Of a stretch of DNA of 64,000 nt, positions 61,018-64,000 are shown in pieces. The stretch is taken from the NCBI GenBank assembly GCA_965116885.1, contig OZ220741.1, forward strand, positions 5,493,750-5,557,749. Direction: 5' to 3'. How positions within the stretch are numbered: the first letter of the stretch is position 1; each line of letters starts with the position of its first letter. Position numbers and translations under genes: made by a program. The DNA comes from Candidatus Latescibacterota bacterium. GTDB lineage: Bacteria > Latescibacterota > UBA2968. Below the pieces are notes generated by a model that saw nothing but the letters and a program-made list of their open reading frames with translations, was not told the origin of the DNA and ran no database searches.

Positions 61018-62031
61018 TCATTCCTGACTCGCCGCAACCAACCCCTCCAACTTCTCCAACGCCTTGCCCGAATCAATCACTTCAGCAGCGACCTGCACGC
61101 CTTCGTTCAAATCACGCGCCTTATCTCCCGCCACAATTGCCGCCGCCGCATTCAACAACACAATATCTCGCCGAGGACCTTCTTCGCCATTCAGAATCGA
61201 CCGCGTAATCTCTGCATTATAATCGGCATCTCCTCCTTTTAGCGCGTCGGCTGGCGCCTGCATCAGCCCAAAGTCCCCGGGTAATACATCATACGTCGAA
61301 ACCGATCCATTTTTCAATTCGCTCACCCTCGTCGGACCCGTCAAGGTCATCTCATCCAAACCATCCGAACCGTGAACGACAAACGCGCGCTCCGCCCCCA
61401 GAGTCCCCAAAACACCCGCAAGAGTCTCGGTCAATGCCGCACTGTACACACCGACCACCTGCCGCGTTGCGCCCGCCGGATTGCTCAGCGGTCCCAGCGC
61501 ATTGAAAATGGTCCGTGCACCAATTTCCCGACGCGGCCCAATCGCGTATTTCATCGCCCCATGCAACGAAATAGCAAACAAAAACCCAATCCCCACATCG
61601 TCCAGGCACCTGCTCACCGTCTCGGGCGATGCCTCAATATTCACACCCAATGCACCCAGCACATCCGCGCTACCACACTGACTCGTCGCCGCGCGGTTGC
61701 CGTGTTTGGCCACACACAAACCCGCCCCAGCCGCGACAAATGCCGCCGCCGTCGAAATATTAAACGTGCCCGAATGATCGCCCCCCGTGCCACAAGTATC
61801 GACAATCACATCGTGCCTTGTCGCAATAGGCGTCGCCTTCTCGCGCATCACAGACGCGGCCCCGGCAATCTCATCAACACACTCGCCCTTCACGCGCAAA
61901 GCAATCAAAAACGCGCCGATCTGCGCATCCGTCGCCTCGCCCGACATAATCTGATTCATCGCATCCGTCATCTCACCCCGACTCAAATCCGCACCTTCAA
62001 TTACTTTTGCAATTGCTTCTTGTATGTTCAT
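61018..62031 (-). CDS. trpD: Anthranilate phosphoribosyltransferase
   Basis: [22 protein letters not shown]. Confidence 0.96.
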   Translation of the reverse strand: MNIQEAIAKVIEGADLSRGEMTDAMNQIMSGEATDAQIGAFLIALRVKGECVDEIAGAASVMREKATPIATRHDVIVDTCGTGGDHSGTFNISTAAAFVAAGAGLCVAKHGNRAATSQCGSADVLGALGVNIEASPETVSRCLDDVGIGFLFAISLHGAMKYAIGPRREIGARTIFNALGPLSNPAGATRQVVGVYSAALTETLAGVLGTLGAERAFVVHGSDGLDEMTLTGPTRVSELKNGSVSTYDVLPGDFGLMQAPADALKGGDADYNAEITRSILNGEEGPRRDIVLLNAAAAIVAGDKARDLNEGVQVAAEVIDSGKALEKLEGLVAASQE

Positions 62032-62053
62032 ACCCATCTCCTCAGCTAACAAA

Positions 62054-62617
62054 TCACGCATCGAGAAAATTTTGCAGCAAATTCTTGCCCTCACCCGTCA
62101 AAATCGATTCGGGATGAAACTGCACACCATCTACCGCCATATCTCGATGGCGCAGGCCCATAATCACGCCATCATCGGTCTCTGCTGTAATTTCCAAACA
62201 AATGGGCAAACTCTCTCGCTCCACCACCAACGAATGATAGCGCGTAGCAATAAACGGATCGGGTAGCCCCTCAAAAATAGACTCCCCTCTATGATGAATC
62301 TCCGACACCTTCCCGTGCATAATCGTCGGCGCGCCCACAATTTTTCCACCAAACGCCTGCCCAATGGACTGGTGCCCCAGGCAAACCCCTAAAATCGGAA
62401 TTTTCCCCGCAAAGTGCTGAACCAGAGCCACGGAAATCCCCGCTTCGTTAGGCGTGCATGGACCGGGAGAAATCACGATCTTCTCGGGCGCAATATCATC
62501 AATCTCTTCAAGCGAGATCTGATCATTGCGATACACCATCAGATCCGCACCCAATTCGCCGAGATATTGAACGAGGTTATAAGTAAAAGAATCGTAATTA
62601 TCAATAACGAGAATCAC
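62054..62617 (-). CDS. trpG: Anthranilate synthase component II
   Basis: [28 protein letters not shown]. Confidence 0.95.
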   Translation of the reverse strand: MILVIDNYDSFTYNLVQYLGELGADLMVYRNDQISLEEIDDIAPEKIVISPGPCTPNEAGISVALVQHFAGKIPILGVCLGHQSIGQAFGGKIVGAPTIMHGKVSEIHHRGESIFEGLPDPFIATRYHSLVVERESLPICLEITAETDDGVIMGLRHRDMAVDGVQFHPESILTGEGKNLLQNFLDA

Positions 62618-64000
62618 AACAACTCTCCCCCTTCAGCCATCTCTACCGCCCGAAACAGTGCCCGCGCTTTGTTCACAGTCTCCAGATATTCGTATCCCGG
62701 CTCTGAATCAAACACCACGCCACCCCCTGCCTGCACATACGCTTTGCCATCCTTAATCACCATCGTGCGAATGGCAATACACGTATCCATATTGCCCGCA
62801 AAATCGATATAGCCCACTGCACCGGCATAAGGCCCGCGGCGCGTTGGCTCCATCTCGTCGATAATCTCCATCGCTCGAATCTTCGGCGCGCCCGACACCG
62901 TACCAGCCGGATAACAGGCAAAAAGCGCGTCCAGCGCATCGACACCCTCGTGCAATTCGCCGCGCACATTCGAAACGATATGCATCACATGCGAATAGCG
63001 TTCAATCGCCATCTGTTCGGTCACGCGCACCGTATCAAATCTGGAGACGCGCCCCACATCATTGCGTCCCAAATCCACCAACATAATATGCTCGGCGCGT
63101 TCTTTTTCATCTGCCAACAACTCCTGTGACAATGCCCTGTCCTCTGCCTCTGTTTTGCCGCGCCACCGCGTCCCCGCAATAGGTCTCACCTGCACCACCC
63201 CGTCCTCTACCCTGACGAGCAACTCGGGCGACGCGCCCACGAGTTGATGGTCTATCAAATCGACGTGAAACATATAAGGCGACGGATTCACCGTCCGCAA
63301 CGCCCGATAAATATCCAGCGCATCAACCGTCACATCCATTGCAAAACGCTGCGAAGGCACCACCTGAAAAATATCACCTGCCACGATGTATTCCCTGCAA
63401 CGCGCCACCACATCCATATACGCTTCTTTGCTCGTATTTGAAGTCACCTCGCACGAACTCATTCCAGGCTTCAGGGATGCATCCACCGGTTGCGCCAGTG
63501 CCTCAATCAGCGCATTGATCCGCTTGACTGCATCCTCGTAATTCGCCTCCAGGTCGCCCTCTGTATGCACATTGGCCATCACATGCACTTTGTGCGTCAC
63601 ATTGTCAAACGCCAGCACCGAATCGTAAAATGAGAAAAATATATCGTCCAACTCGAGATCGTCTTCAACCGTCTCGGGAATGCGCTCAATCAAACGCACA
63701 GCATCATAGCTCACATAACCCACAGCACCGCCCGTAAACCGAGGAAACCCCTCCACGTGTTGTGAGTGGTATTTTTTTAACAACCCCCGCAATACCTCGA
63801 TAGGCTCCCCTTCAAATATTCGCAGCTCTCCCGTCGTCGCATGTTCAATGAAAATTTTTGTTCCGCGCGAACGAAAAACCAAAAACGGATCCACGCCCAA
63901 AAACGAATATCGCCCAATCTGCTCGCCGCCCACCACGCTTTCAAACAAAAACGCATGCGATGATCTGGCGCGAATTTTCAAATAGGCCGAAACCGGCGTC
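62614..64000 (-). CDS. trpE: Anthranilate synthase component I; 5' end outside the window
   Basis: [44 protein letters not shown]. Confidence 0.95.
   Translation of the reverse strand, partial: TPVSAYLKIRARSSHAFLFESVVGGEQIGRYSFLGVDPFLVFRSRGTKIFIEHATTGELRIFEGEPIEVLRGLLKKYHSQHVEGFPRFTGGAVGYVSYDAVRLIERIPETVEDDLELDDIFFSFYDSVLAFDNVTHKVHVMANVHTEGDLEANYEDAVKRINALIEALAQPVDASLKPGMSSCEVTSNTSKEAYMDVVARCREYIVAGDIFQVVPSQRFAMDVTVDALDIYRALRTVNPSPYMFHVDLIDHQLVGASPELLVRVEDGVVQVRPIAGTRWRGKTEAEDRALSQELLADEKERAEHIMLVDLGRNDVGRVSRFDTVRVTEQMAIERYSHVMHIVSNVRGELHEGVDALDALFACYPAGTVSGAPKIRAMEIIDEMEPTRRGPYAGAVGYIDFAGNMDTCIAIRTMVIKDGKAYVQAGGGVVFDSEPGYEYLETVNKARALFRAVEMAEGGELL

Overview
Bacterial genomic window. The gene content (sulfatase, PhyH dioxygenases, SSS transporter, secreted repeat proteins) suggests an uncultured marine or host-associated lineage such as Latescibacterota or Poribacteria; this is inference only. 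There are four parts. (1) 1-7.5 kb: housekeeping genes glnE (partial), glnB, cupin, HAD hydrolase, aminotransferase, LUD protein, oxidoreductase and glgB. (2) 7.5-23.3 kb: an accessory island built from two paralogous copies of one module plus a relic of a third. The intact copy has a soluble beta-propeller/Y_Y_Y-sigma54 activator, a palindromic enhancer-like region, a perfect sigma54 promoter, a secreted 5-repeat propeller protein and two secreted FGE-sulfatase/CLec-fold proteins. A divergent MacB-type permease and an XRE-ImmA/PIN pair lie between the copies. The C-termini of the four CLec genes vary mainly at codon positions 1-2 with fixed third positions, the footprint expected of diversity-generating retroelement (DGR) targets, yet no reverse transcriptase or template repeat is visible in the window. 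(3) 23.4-42.9 kb: sulfated-sugar/sugar-acid catabolism and transport genes. (4) 43-64 kb: a ~21 kb minus-strand aromatic amino acid superoperon (trpEGD..CF, tyrS, trpBA, chorismate mutase, DAHP synthase, tyrA, aroE, aroK, aroB, argS, purF) containing a TumE/TumA-like toxin-antitoxin insert and a half-size, degenerate AroA. No tRNA, rRNA or CRISPR array was recognised.
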